DNA of 64,000 nucleotides from Candidatus Thorarchaeota archaeon (lineage in GTDB: Archaea > Asgardarchaeota > Thorarchaeia > Thorarchaeales > Thorarchaeaceae). The stretch covers positions 114,658 through 178,657 of the forward strand of contig JBHIAE010000001.1 in NCBI GenBank assembly GCA_046758445.1. Direction: 5' to 3'. The notes beneath the pieces were generated by a model. The model made no database searches, was not told the origin of the DNA, and saw only the letters and a list, made by a program, of their open reading frames with translations. Within the stretch, counting starts at the first letter, position 1, and the number at the start of each line of letters is the position of its first letter. Shown here in pieces: positions 38,133 to 47,673 of the stretch. The translations under genes and the position numbers were made by a program.

Positions 38133-38879
38133 CTACTCTGGTGCCTTAGCTCTGGACGGCTTCAGAAAGGCTTCCTTCTCATCATGCGTGAGTTTGTAGA
38201 ACACGCCTGTGGTCGTTGGTATTCGCGCAATCTCTACGTTGTCAGAAGTCAGCTCGGCATCTGTTGCCTGTCGCAGTGCGTCTAGAGCCAGCTTGGTTGC
38301 TTCGTCAAGTGACTGCGTTCTGTTCTTGTTGTACTTGCTCTCAAGAAGCTCGCCAGCTCGTGCACTTCCCCGACCTATTACAGCGGCCAGGAAGCCCCAG
38401 TATGTGCCCACGGGGTCGGTGACAAAGAGCCGTGGGGTTTTGTCATAGTCAACAGACCCAATTATCATCGCAACTCCATAGGGTCTTCCTCGGGCAGCTT
38501 GGGTGAACCTAGCTTTCAAGTCGCAAATATGCTCGGCTAGGGCTTCGGCAGGTACTGGCTCCTCATAGGTAAGCCAGTACGATTGTGCCTCTCTTCTGGC
38601 TTGTTGAACCAACCTACGAGCGTCGGCCATGAAGCCCGATGTTGCAACTCCAACATGTTCCTCAATCTTGGAAATCTTCTCTACAGAGTCGGGCTCCTGA
38701 AGGGGCAATACTCTCTTCTCTGCAAGAAGCACAACACCATCATTCACCAGTATGCCTATTGAAGTGGCTCCTTGTTCAACCGCCTTCTTGGCATACTCTG
38801 CGGCAAATATGCGTCCATCGGGTGAGAATATGGAAGTGCTTTGGTCATACCCTTGGCCGCTTATTCCAAATATCGTCAA
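38133..38879 (-). CDS. psmA: Proteasome subunit alpha
   Basis: GYDQSTSIFSPDGR, RPYGV and TDP.G. Confidence 0.95.
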   Translation of the reverse strand: MTIFGISGQGYDQSTSIFSPDGRIFAAEYAKKAVEQGATSIGILVNDGVVLLAEKRVLPLQEPDSVEKISKIEEHVGVATSGFMADARRLVQQARREAQSYWLTYEEPVPAEALAEHICDLKARFTQAARGRPYGVAMIIGSVDYDKTPRLFVTDPVGTYWGFLAAVIGRGSARAGELLESKYNKNRTQSLDEATKLALDALRQATDAELTSDNVEIARIPTTTGVFYKLTHDEKEAFLKPSRAKAPE

Positions 38880-39127
38880 CGCCTCCGAAAAATCGTCGGG
38901 TCTTTTGATGTTCTTGGCACGGTTCTTTCCTCCAAGTAGTCAACAATGCAATTTACCGGAAGCCAGAGCCTCTGACTAGTGGGCAACACCTGGCAGTTCC
39001 GGAGACTTGTCGTCAAACTGCTTTGTCTTCGCTCGCCCTCGGCAATTGTGCCAGCCAAGCTTGTTCGGCCTTCGTTGACCTAGGCTCATAAAGCTTCTGG
39101 TACACGTCCAAAATCTGGGCTCAAACC

Positions 39128-39544
39128 TCACTCTTGTTGCAAGAAGTAAAGGTAGACAACAAAGGCAAGTGACAGAAGAAACGTCACCGTTGCAACACCA
39201 GAATCGAACATCAGGAAGGTCATAACAGTCACAATTATGACAAGGAGAATGATCTCTCCCCAGCCTGCTCTGATGTTTGTAATGTAGAGCCTCAGATTGA
39301 CCACAGTCACTGTGAGAAACACAAAGACGCCGGCCATTATCAGAATCTCGAGGATGAGCGAGAGGAACGGATTGATGTCATTCAGTGCTCCCACCGGACT
39401 GGTGGCGATGACATCAGGTTCTGACCAGACCCAAAAGGCCAGTCCGAGAATCATCAATAGTGCTGTCAGAACAACAGTCACGACTGTGGATCGTACTATC
39501 TCTCTTCTTTCAGGAGCCTCGTACAGGTGAATCTCGTCACTCAC
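39128..39544 (-). CDS. Hypothetical membrane protein (4 TM)
   Basis: Four hydrophobic segments. Confidence 0.7.
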   Translation of the reverse strand: MSDEIHLYEAPERREIVRSTVVTVVLTALLMILGLAFWVWSEPDVIATSPVGALNDINPFLSLILEILIMAGVFVFLTVTVVNLRLYITNIRAGWGEIILLVIIVTVMTFLMFDSGVATVTFLLSLAFVVYLYFLQQE

Positions 39545-39671
39545 GGTCTCTCACACCGACCTTGGAATCCGAGAAGCCTCCGTTTCGCACTTAAAGATAC
39601 CGACAGTTCCACTATAGTCCGCCCTTGGTGATGGCACACGAAGCCGTACTGAGGAGCATGCAGCCCGGGCT

Positions 39672-39980
39672 TCAAATCTTCACAGACGTTCCAAGTCGCA
39701 TGTTATAGACTTCGAACTCCAGCTCTGTTAGCTCTTCCTGTATCTGACGATACTTCTTGTCAAACTCACCTGCACCGATTGTCCCCGCCTTCTTCTCCAT
39801 GACAAGGCGCTTCAGCTCAGATTGTCGTTCTCTGATTCGCTTCTTGAGCTCTTCCCATTTCTCACGGTTCGTTGTTATGGAGCTGCCCCAGCTTTCACTT
39901 GACTTGGGGTCTTGCTCAAGTCTGTCGACCACATCATCAAGGGACTCTTTGATGTTGGCGGGATCCTTCTTCTCTTGCAA
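39672..39980 (-). CDS. Small coiled-coil hypothetical protein
   Basis: 102-aa charged helical ORF. Confidence 0.7.
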   Translation of the reverse strand: MQEKKDPANIKESLDDVVDRLEQDPKSSESWGSSITTNREKWEELKKRIRERQSELKRLVMEKKAGTIGAGEFDKKYRQIQEELTELEFEVYNMRLGTSVKI

Positions 39981-40113
39981 GTCCTACACCAGTTGAATTC
40001 GAGAGCAGATGTGATATATGCATTAGGATTCGGGATTCACAATCAAAGATGCATAGATTTGAGGATAAATTGAGCCGCATCAAGCAGAGTCATGGATCTT
40101 TGAACGCCTCATT

Positions 40114-41883
40114 CTATAGATCCAGTTCCTTGAGCGCCTCTCTGCTAGGGTGACCAGATGTCCGGTTCCATTTTCTATAGTCATAGTATTCTCCTAGTTG
40201 CCTCTCTATGTCGGGAACGAAGTCATCTGTTGCGTAATCTGGCAAGGGCTGAAGAAGAGGTTCAGGAAGGCTATCGTCAGCACCGGTGAGGCCACACTTG
40301 AGATTGAACAAGCGTTTCATGGTGACAGCTCTGGCTCCAACCTTTAGGATGTCTTCAAGTTTAAACGAGGCTCCCGTGGCCAGATTCAATAGGTCAACTA
40401 TTGTAGAAGGGGGAACAATGGCAAAATGGCACATGATAATGGAGTCGAAGAACGCTCTGAAGTCCTGGGCCTTAGCAGATGTTGTGCCTTTCGCATCGTT
40501 CTCTAGACGGTCTCCTGAGTTGATGCCAAGCTCACGTACATCGGCGCCCATGTCTACTGAATACATGTCACCCTCAAGATGAGTTGCACCTCTTGATGCT
40601 ACAGCATATACAGTTGCCATCCCAGCAAATGCACGAGGGTCATGGTTTGGAATCTCCATGCCTTTGACATGCAAAGCCAGTTCAGAAACACCATGTTTCT
40701 CTGCAAAACGCATTGACCCTTCTGCAAGTTCGTCACCAACCTCAGTTCGATTGGCAATCGCATGAATGAGCTCAATTACTCCGTCAGGATCATTCCATTG
40801 TAGGCCTAAGTCAAGCTTCCCAATGTCACATAGGTGAGTCGCAAATGAGATGGTACTTCCACAGCTGATCGTGTCCATTCCATACTGGTTGCAGAGCCTG
40901 TTCATTAGTGACACTTTCTTTAGGTCAGTGATCATAAGGCCAGTGCCAAAAGCTGCTATCGACTGATACTCGGGACCAGCGACTTTATTCATTCCGAACT
41001 CTGGAAGTGATATTACACGCCCACATCCAATGGGACAAGAATAGCAAGCTGTCCGACCAGTGAGGAACTCTTTCATGGTTGTGGCACTAAGCGCATCAGC
41101 ATCGAACTCGACTCCCTGGAAGTATTTGATGGGCATGTCGTTGAACATGATTCCAACGTCAACGTATAGCGACGTGCCTTGGTCCCGAAGATGATGCATT
41201 GCCTCACCAAGGGTCTTTGCCGACTCTCTTGCGAGCTTTGTGAGGCCCTCTTGATCTGCAATCTTTACTTTCTGGTTACCTTCTACTGTGATAGCCTTGA
41301 GATTCTTTGACCCCATGACCGCTCCCATGCCGCATCTGGCCGCCGTTCTTTCATCTGTCACTACACTGGCAAATCGGACTAGATTCTCTCCAGCTGGCCC
41401 TATACATGCAGTCCGAACGCGACCCAACTTCCTTCTGAGAACCTCTTGCGTTTCATCGCTCTTCATTCCCCAGAGGCCCGCCGCCAAGTGAATCTCTGGA
41501 ACTTCGTTACGGACATGGAGATAGACTGGCTCTTTCGCTCGACCCGTCAGAAGAATACCATCAAACCCCGAGAACTTCACAGAAGCGCCGAAGTGGCCTC
41601 CGATATGTGCTTCCCCCCAGAAGCCAGTCAAAGGGGACTTACCACACACAACAAGTCGGCCAGTGCTGGGAGCTATAGTGCCAGTCAGCGGACCTGTCAT
41701 GAACAGAAGCATATTGTCGGGACCGAGGGGCTCCACCGTCGGATCCATTATCTCGTACAGAAGCTTGCTTGCATATCCACTGCCACCAATGAAATGCTTC
41801 GCAATATTCTCATCTAGAGCCATAATAGAAGTGGATTCTCTGGTAAGGTCTACTCTCAGGATTTGACCCACGCAGCCGTTCAC
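40114..41883 (-). CDS. aor: Tungsten/molybdopterin aldehyde:ferredoxin oxidoreductase family
   Basis: ILRVDL, IGPAGEN, GAVMGSKNLKAI, CYSCPIGC, GPEYQ and GMDTIS. GTG 41883 follows SD GAGGTG. Confidence 0.92.
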   Translation of the reverse strand: MNGCVGQILRVDLTRESTSIMALDENIAKHFIGGSGYASKLLYEIMDPTVEPLGPDNMLLFMTGPLTGTIAPSTGRLVVCGKSPLTGFWGEAHIGGHFGASVKFSGFDGILLTGRAKEPVYLHVRNEVPEIHLAAGLWGMKSDETQEVLRRKLGRVRTACIGPAGENLVRFASVVTDERTAARCGMGAVMGSKNLKAITVEGNQKVKIADQEGLTKLARESAKTLGEAMHHLRDQGTSLYVDVGIMFNDMPIKYFQGVEFDADALSATTMKEFLTGRTACYSCPIGCGRVISLPEFGMNKVAGPEYQSIAAFGTGLMITDLKKVSLMNRLCNQYGMDTISCGSTISFATHLCDIGKLDLGLQWNDPDGVIELIHAIANRTEVGDELAEGSMRFAEKHGVSELALHVKGMEIPNHDPRAFAGMATVYAVASRGATHLEGDMYSVDMGADVRELGINSGDRLENDAKGTTSAKAQDFRAFFDSIIMCHFAIVPPSTIVDLLNLATGASFKLEDILKVGARAVTMKRLFNLKCGLTGADDSLPEPLLQPLPDYATDDFVPDIERQLGEYYDYRKWNRTSGHPSREALKELDL

Positions 41884-41894
41884 GCAGTCCACCT

Positions 41895-42533
41895 CTAGAA
41901 ATCACGCATCATTTCCCAGAGGTCGGCTTCGTCCTCTACAACCTCTGCAGGCAGCTGCTTGGGCTCTGCAATCTGCTTGGCAAGCAGGAAGATTTTGCAT
42001 GTTCTTTCAAGAAGAATCGCCTTCTCCATTGCCTTTCTGATGGTCTTGGCGCAACAGACTGCTCCATGATTCGCTATCAACGCGGCACTCCGCATGTCCA
42101 TGGCTTCAACAACGTTCTTGGCCAATTCCTTAGTGCCAGGCATCGCGTAGGAGGTGACTCTTATCTCGCCACCTAGTTTGGGTAGAACCTCGTCTAAGAC
42201 TGGCGGCAGTGGCATATGTAGCAGAGCAAGCGCCGTAGCATAGACACTGTGAGAATGAACCACTGCTCCTGCGTCTTCCCTCTGCCGATATATCTCGAGG
42301 TGAGTGGGCGCTTCAACACTGGGATTCCTTTCACCCTCAACAACATTGCCTTCTAGGTCAAGAACCATTATGTCATCTGGCGTCATTGTGGCATAGGGAA
42401 TGGAACTTGGAGTAATCAAGACGTGATCGCCGACTCTTAGGCTCGCGTTGCCAGATGATCCGATGACTAAGTCATGATCAACCATCTCATTGCAGATTTC
42501 AAGAAGTTCTTTCTTCTCCTTCTCATACATCAT
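41895..42533 (-). CDS. Class II aldolase/adducin family (FucA-like)
   Basis: GNAS, ITPS, PSVE...H, VHSHS and NHG. Confidence 0.9.
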   Translation of the reverse strand: MMYEKEKKELLEICNEMVDHDLVIGSSGNASLRVGDHVLITPSSIPYATMTPDDIMVLDLEGNVVEGERNPSVEAPTHLEIYRQREDAGAVVHSHSVYATALALLHMPLPPVLDEVLPKLGGEIRVTSYAMPGTKELAKNVVEAMDMRSAALIANHGAVCCAKTIRKAMEKAILLERTCKIFLLAKQIAEPKQLPAEVVEDEADLWEMMRDF

Positions 42534-44032
42534 TCTTCACCCAAGGACCATATCTCCTTCCAACGTGAGTAGTATGAATTGTACTCATTCATTCGCTCGT
42601 CTGGCTGAACCGTTTCCTGCCAACTAACCATTGCCTCTGAAGCCTCTTTGAAACCAGTGTACCAACCGACACCGTGCGCCGCACATATCGCCGCACCGAG
42701 AAGACTCCCCTCTGATTGCTTAGGAGTTCTAACATTCCGACCCAACACATTTGCCAGTATCTGCACCCAGACGTTCGACTTGGTCACACCTCCAACTGCC
42801 TTGACAACAGACGGCTCCTTCAATTCCACTAACTGCTCGTAATTCTCTCGAACAGAATAAGCGATGTTCTCTAACACTGCATGAATCAGATTCGCAGAGT
42901 TAAGCGGAATGACCTGAGGTAGGGCAGGCTGAGGGAAATGAACTCTGGCAAAGGGAATCTGCGTTATGCGATGGGTGTTCATCACCGTCGGTCCCAGAGC
43001 AGCGAAGGTTTCATTGCTGCCGGGAGGCACGTTCTCCAGAATCTCTGATAGATTATCGAGGGTTTCCTCCTTGCAGCGGTCCGGATTCTCTGCTCTTTCA
43101 CAGAGGAGCTCGATCACCCATTCTATGTAGGCCCCGGTCAACATAGCATTGCTCTCTATCGTCCAGAAACCGGGTAGTATATGAGAAGCCGACCACATCT
43201 TTTGATCTGCGGAGCAAATAGGCTCGCCCGTGATCATCATTACCGGCGTAGTGCTGCCTGCGACCACGACAGTTTCTCCAGCATCAGCCTGACACGCCAA
43301 TAGTGCACAATGGGTGTCGGCACCGCCCTGTATGACAGGCAGGCCTTTCGGAAGCTTGGAGGCCTTCGCGGCTTCCGGGACTATCTCGCCGACAGCATCT
43401 CCAGCCTGATGTATCTCAGGGAGAATGGCTCTCTCAATGTTGAGACTGTTGAGAACCTCATCGCTCCAGTTTCTTTTCTTGATGTCTAGAAGGCCTGTTG
43501 CACTTGCAGAAGATGGTTCAGTGACGAATTCCCCACTTAGCCTGTAAGTCATCCAATCATTGATGGGAAGTAGATGTGCTACCTTCTCATGTAGCTCTGG
43601 TTCTTCCTCCTCGAACCACGCCAGCCTAGATGGTGCGAACATCATCGGAGGCCAGCAACCCGTTATCTCGAGGAACCTGTTACCCAGGGCTTCTTCAACA
43701 ACATACTGTGTCATTGCACCCCTCGCGTCACTGTTCGGGCCGGCATACAGCTCCTTTCCGTCTGAATCAAGCAGCACAATGCCGTGGCGTTGACTTGTCG
43801 TGGCAACTGCCTCAAGTTTGGAGGCAGATGTACCTGCAGCCGATACGGCCTCCCGAGTCACAGTGCATATCAAATCCCAGAAGTGTGATGGGTCGAATTC
43901 CTTGGCTATCTCCAGGAAGGCAGGTGTTTCATAGCTCCAAGAGCGCCTGCTAAGACCCAGAGGATCTCCGTTTCTTCCCACGATCATACAACGCACGCCA
44001 GTAGTTCCTGCGTCAATGGCTGCAACGGGCAT
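42530..44032 (-). CDS. FGGY family carbohydrate kinase (LsrK/YoaC-like)
   Basis: IDAGTTG, TSQR, GGADT and GAAICA. Confidence 0.9.
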   Translation of the reverse strand: MPVAAIDAGTTGVRCMIVGRNGDPLGLSRRSWSYETPAFLEIAKEFDPSHFWDLICTVTREAVSAAGTSASKLEAVATTSQRHGIVLLDSDGKELYAGPNSDARGAMTQYVVEEALGNRFLEITGCWPPMMFAPSRLAWFEEEEPELHEKVAHLLPINDWMTYRLSGEFVTEPSSASATGLLDIKKRNWSDEVLNSLNIERAILPEIHQAGDAVGEIVPEAAKASKLPKGLPVIQGGADTHCALLACQADAGETVVVAGSTTPVMMITGEPICSADQKMWSASHILPGFWTIESNAMLTGAYIEWVIELLCERAENPDRCKEETLDNLSEILENVPPGSNETFAALGPTVMNTHRITQIPFARVHFPQPALPQVIPLNSANLIHAVLENIAYSVRENYEQLVELKEPSVVKAVGGVTKSNVWVQILANVLGRNVRTPKQSEGSLLGAAICAAHGVGWYTGFKEASEAMVSWQETVQPDERMNEYNSYYSRWKEIWSLGEE

Positions 44033-44033
44033 C

Positions 44034-45044
44034 CTAACCTCCTCCTCTGTGAAAGACCTCCGGGTTTAGCATGTTCTTCGGACGACTCCCTGATAGGAAG
44101 GCCTTGATGTCGTCTGAAATCATACGTGATTGCTTCTCAATCGTGTCGATTGTGTTTCCTCCAATGTGAGGAGTGACGGTTACATTATCTAGTTCTAGAA
44201 ACTCATTATCACAGTCGACAGGTTCCATAGAGAACACGTCGAGTCCAGCACCAGCAATTGATCCTTTCTCGAGCGCTTCTCGTAGAGCATTCTCATCCGT
44301 GATGGAGGCTCGGGCAGTATTGATGAAGACTGCACTCTTTTTCATCATGGCAAACTGTTCTGCCCCTATCATCCCCATTGTTTCTTCAGTCTGCGGACAA
44401 TGAACCGTGACGATATCAGATTCGCGTAGAAGCTGCTCAAGCTCAACGGGTTGAGCATCCACCTCTTCCATCCTCTCTGGAGCGGCATACGGGTCACTGA
44501 CAAGAATCTTCACCCCGAATGCCTGAAGACGCTTTGCCACCTCGAAACCAATCTGGCCAAGACCGATTATCCCCACTGTCTTGCCCTGTAGTTCAAAGCC
44601 AGCCGTTGCCTTGTACATCTTTCCGAAGTCTGAGAAGTCGTCTACCATGAACTCATTCTTGAGAAGTCGGTCTGCTACAGTGATCCTTCTGGCCTGAGCC
44701 AACATCAGAGCGATTGTCAACTCTGCCACTGCTATCGTGTTTCTACCGGGTGCTGCAATGACGGGAATCCCTCTTGCAGTCGCAGCAGGAACTGAGATGT
44801 TGTTGGGATTGTTCCTCACCGATGCGATCAGTTTGAGATCGGTCCCTTCAATTACCTCATCCTTGATCTCATCACCCTCTACAACCACAATCTCGTAGCC
44901 TCCCTCTTTGATTAGACCTGTGAATTTATCGCCAAGATAGAGCTTCCCTGTTTCCAGCCAGCTCTGGTGGTCGACTTCAAGCCCTGCCTCTTGAAGACTC
45001 TTCAATCCAAACTCTGAAAAGGGGGCAGTGATGAGCACTTTCAT
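44034..45044 (-). CDS. D-isomer-specific 2-hydroxyacid dehydrogenase
   Basis: PGRN.IAVAE, GIIGLGQIG, INTARA, LDVFSMEP and TPHIGG. Confidence 0.92.
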   Translation of the reverse strand: MKVLITAPFSEFGLKSLQEAGLEVDHQSWLETGKLYLGDKFTGLIKEGGYEIVVVEGDEIKDEVIEGTDLKLIASVRNNPNNISVPAATARGIPVIAAPGRNTIAVAELTIALMLAQARRITVADRLLKNEFMVDDFSDFGKMYKATAGFELQGKTVGIIGLGQIGFEVAKRLQAFGVKILVSDPYAAPERMEEVDAQPVELEQLLRESDIVTVHCPQTEETMGMIGAEQFAMMKKSAVFINTARASITDENALREALEKGSIAGAGLDVFSMEPVDCDNEFLELDNVTVTPHIGGNTIDTIEKQSRMISDDIKAFLSGSRPKNMLNPEVFHRGGG

Positions 45045-45086
45045 GTAGGGGTCTCCGTAGTTTCAACTACACGCGCGTTCCTTCTT

Positions 45087-45419
45087 CTATAGCATGAGCT
45101 TCTGCAGCTTCAGCAAGTCTGGCACTTCACCCTTTGTCTTGAGCTTTCCAGCCTGATACGCCGCCATTGGACTCTCACTCTTGTCCATGATTTTGAAGAA
45201 GATTGTCGAGTCCATTGTCACAGTCATCTCCGCCTCCGCATTGCCCTCAGTCACCTCTAGCAGTTCGGCATCGCCGATGCGAATGTATACTTGAGTATCG
45301 ATATCAGGAAAGACAAACTGGAGAGTCTTGTTGAAATTCTTGAAACGTCTCTGAATCTTGGGGTCTTCAAACCTGCTACCAAGTTCACGGAGCTGTGCGA
45401 TTATCTCGTCGGCTGTCAT
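45087..45419 (-). CDS. SCP2 (sterol carrier protein 2) lipid-binding domain protein
   Basis: PMAAYQAGKLKTKGE..LLKLQKL. Start at ATG 45419. Confidence 0.8.
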   Translation of the reverse strand: MTADEIIAQLRELGSRFEDPKIQRRFKNFNKTLQFVFPDIDTQVYIRIGDAELLEVTEGNAEAEMTVTMDSTIFFKIMDKSESPMAAYQAGKLKTKGEVPDLLKLQKLML

Positions 45420-45583
45420 TGTAGCACCTAGACCAGCTGCTTTGCAGCATGCGATAAATCTTCTGTGCATGAGATATGCAGGACTTCTGGAAAAGCGAGT
45501 TTGCCGCACAAACTGATTTGCAGTACAAAAAGATTCCACGTATTATATGCATTCTATGCATTGCCAAACACATGTCATCAACA

Positions 45584-46330
45584 ATGTCTGAACATGCGAT
45601 AAAGATAGAAAACCTGACCAAGAGATTCGAGGATATCACTGCAGTTGAGAGACTCAGCCTCGAGATTGGTTGGGGAGAACTGTTTGGCTTGCTTGGACCC
45701 AACGGTGCAGGTAAGACCACTGTGATCAATGTCCTGAGCACATTGCTCGAACCCACTGACGGGGTTGCAGCGATTGCTGACTACGATGTTGTCTTTGATG
45801 CTGATGCAGTTCGAAAGATAATCGGAGTATGTCCCCAGGAACCAGCATTCTACAGGCATCTCACTGGTAGGGAGAATATCAAGCTCTTCGGTGACCTGCA
45901 TGAAATTCCCAAAGACGTACTAAGAGGTCGGGTCGAAACCATGCTCAAGAAGATTGGGATGGAAGAGGATGCTGATCGTCGCTCAGGGCAGTATAGTGGA
46001 GGAATGATTCGCCGTGTCAGTACGGTGATGGCCCTCATTAGTGATCCTCGGGTTGCCCTTCTTGACGAGCCTACCGTGGCAATGGACCCAGTTTCCAGGC
46101 GTGCAGTCTGGGAATTCATCAGGGAGTTGAAGAGCAACGGTAAGGCAATCATCCTTACAACTCATTACATGGAAGAGGCTGAAGCGCTCTGCGACAGGGT
46201 GGGGATTATCGATCAGGGGAAGCTAATAGCATTGGGCACTCCCACAGAATTGAGGGACCACCACGGCTCAGAGAACCTCGAAGAGGTGTTCATCAAACTC
46301 ACTGGAAAGAAGCTGAGGGAGGCAGTCTAG
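45584..46330 (+). CDS. ABC-2 exporter ATP-binding protein
   Basis: GPNGAGKT, YSGGM, LDEPT and TTHYMEEAE. Confidence 0.92.
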   Translation: MSEHAIKIENLTKRFEDITAVERLSLEIGWGELFGLLGPNGAGKTTVINVLSTLLEPTDGVAAIADYDVVFDADAVRKIIGVCPQEPAFYRHLTGRENIKLFGDLHEIPKDVLRGRVETMLKKIGMEEDADRRSGQYSGGMIRRVSTVMALISDPRVALLDEPTVAMDPVSRRAVWEFIRELKSNGKAIILTTHYMEEAEALCDRVGIIDQGKLIALGTPTELRDHHGSENLEEVFIKLTGKKLREAV

Positions 46331-47491
46331 ATGGGTCTACGACGTGTATCAGCCCTAGTGAAGAAGAACTTGAAGATGTTCAAGAGACAGCCCGCAGTTC
46401 TGTTCCTCCTGCTGTTGTTCCCAATAATCGTCACAGCCACATTTGGCTTAGCCTTTGGCGGCATGGGGGATGGTGGAGTGACCAACTTCGACATAGGGCT
46501 TCTGAATCTAGACACCGCAACGACCAACACTCAGTGGGCACACAGTTTCGAGGGAAACCTCACTGACCTAGATGGCATCACCGTGCTCCATTACGAATCT
46601 AATGAAACCGGTCAGTCGGAGCTGCTTCAGGGAAATCTAGATGCATTCATCGTAATCCCAGAGGGTTTCGGTGACAGCTTCAATTCGTACTGGAACTCTC
46701 CCTTCAACGGAAGCGCTTGGACTAATACCACTGTGGAACTCTATGTTGATAGCGGATCAATGATTGCGAGCAGTGCAGTTCCCCCACTCATCCAGCAAGT
46801 CTTGCTAGAAACGATGTTTGGAAACGATGCAACCACGCTGGATTTACCGGTCAATATCGGAAGTCCTGCAATGGTTGAAGCAAGCACTCTATCCCAATGG
46901 GACTTCATGGCTCCAGGGATATTCGCATTCGCCAGCATCTTCATGATAATGATTGTTGCGCAGTCACTGACTGAGGAACGGGATGGAGGACTCTTGAAGA
47001 GACTGGGTACAACTCCCCTCAAGTCTCAAGAATTCATGCTGAGTCAGGTGATCTCATACATGATCGTTGCAGTCATCCAGGTGCTTCTTGTCTTTGCGTC
47101 ATCCTTCTTGATAGGTTATCGACTTACAACGGACGCCGCTGGATTGGCATTTGCATTTGGCATGCTCCTTGCCTTCTCCCTCGTGAACGTGGGCTTTGGT
47201 CTGATTGCTGCAACTATGTCCAAGTCAGCTGAGATAGCCACTGGTGTGTCATTCATCTTTATAATGCCACAGATGTTCCTCGGTACCTTCATGCCGCTTG
47301 GTGAAGGAGCAGAGGCCATCGCACGGTTCATACCAAGCAATTATGTGACTGAAGCATTGACAACCCTGTTTCTCCGGGGCGCTCCTGCTGCAACACTCTC
47401 TGTCTGGTACAATCTGGGAATTGTATCAATCATTGGAGTAGTTGTTCTCCTAATTGGAGTCATACTCTTTCGACGATATGGAACAAGATAG
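46331..47491 (+). CDS. ABC-2 exporter permease
   Basis: N-terminal TM, large extracellular loop, EERDGGLLKRL and multiple C-terminal TMs. Confidence 0.9.
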   Translation: MGLRRVSALVKKNLKMFKRQPAVLFLLLLFPIIVTATFGLAFGGMGDGGVTNFDIGLLNLDTATTNTQWAHSFEGNLTDLDGITVLHYESNETGQSELLQGNLDAFIVIPEGFGDSFNSYWNSPFNGSAWTNTTVELYVDSGSMIASSAVPPLIQQVLLETMFGNDATTLDLPVNIGSPAMVEASTLSQWDFMAPGIFAFASIFMIMIVAQSLTEERDGGLLKRLGTTPLKSQEFMLSQVISYMIVAVIQVLLVFASSFLIGYRLTTDAAGLAFAFGMLLAFSLVNVGFGLIAATMSKSAEIATGVSFIFIMPQMFLGTFMPLGEGAEAIARFIPSNYVTEALTTLFLRGAPAATLSVWYNLGIVSIIGVVVLLIGVILFRRYGTR

Positions 47492-47673
47492 TTCAACCTT
47501 CAGGAGAGGGGGCAGGCGTTCCTTCTCACTCCATTTTCTCCTTGATTCTATAATTGCTGACATGATTCATTCAATCGGGAAAGACAGAATCAGCATGGAC
47601 ATAGTCCATGACAGAAAGGTTATATCCCCAGACCACTGCGGCTCCCAGTACACTGCAGTTTGGGGACTCCAAG

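Noticed and set aside
38876-39058. 60-aa ORF or structured RNA upstream of psmA
   Set aside because: No recognisable protein or RNA family; it may simply be a long 5' leader.
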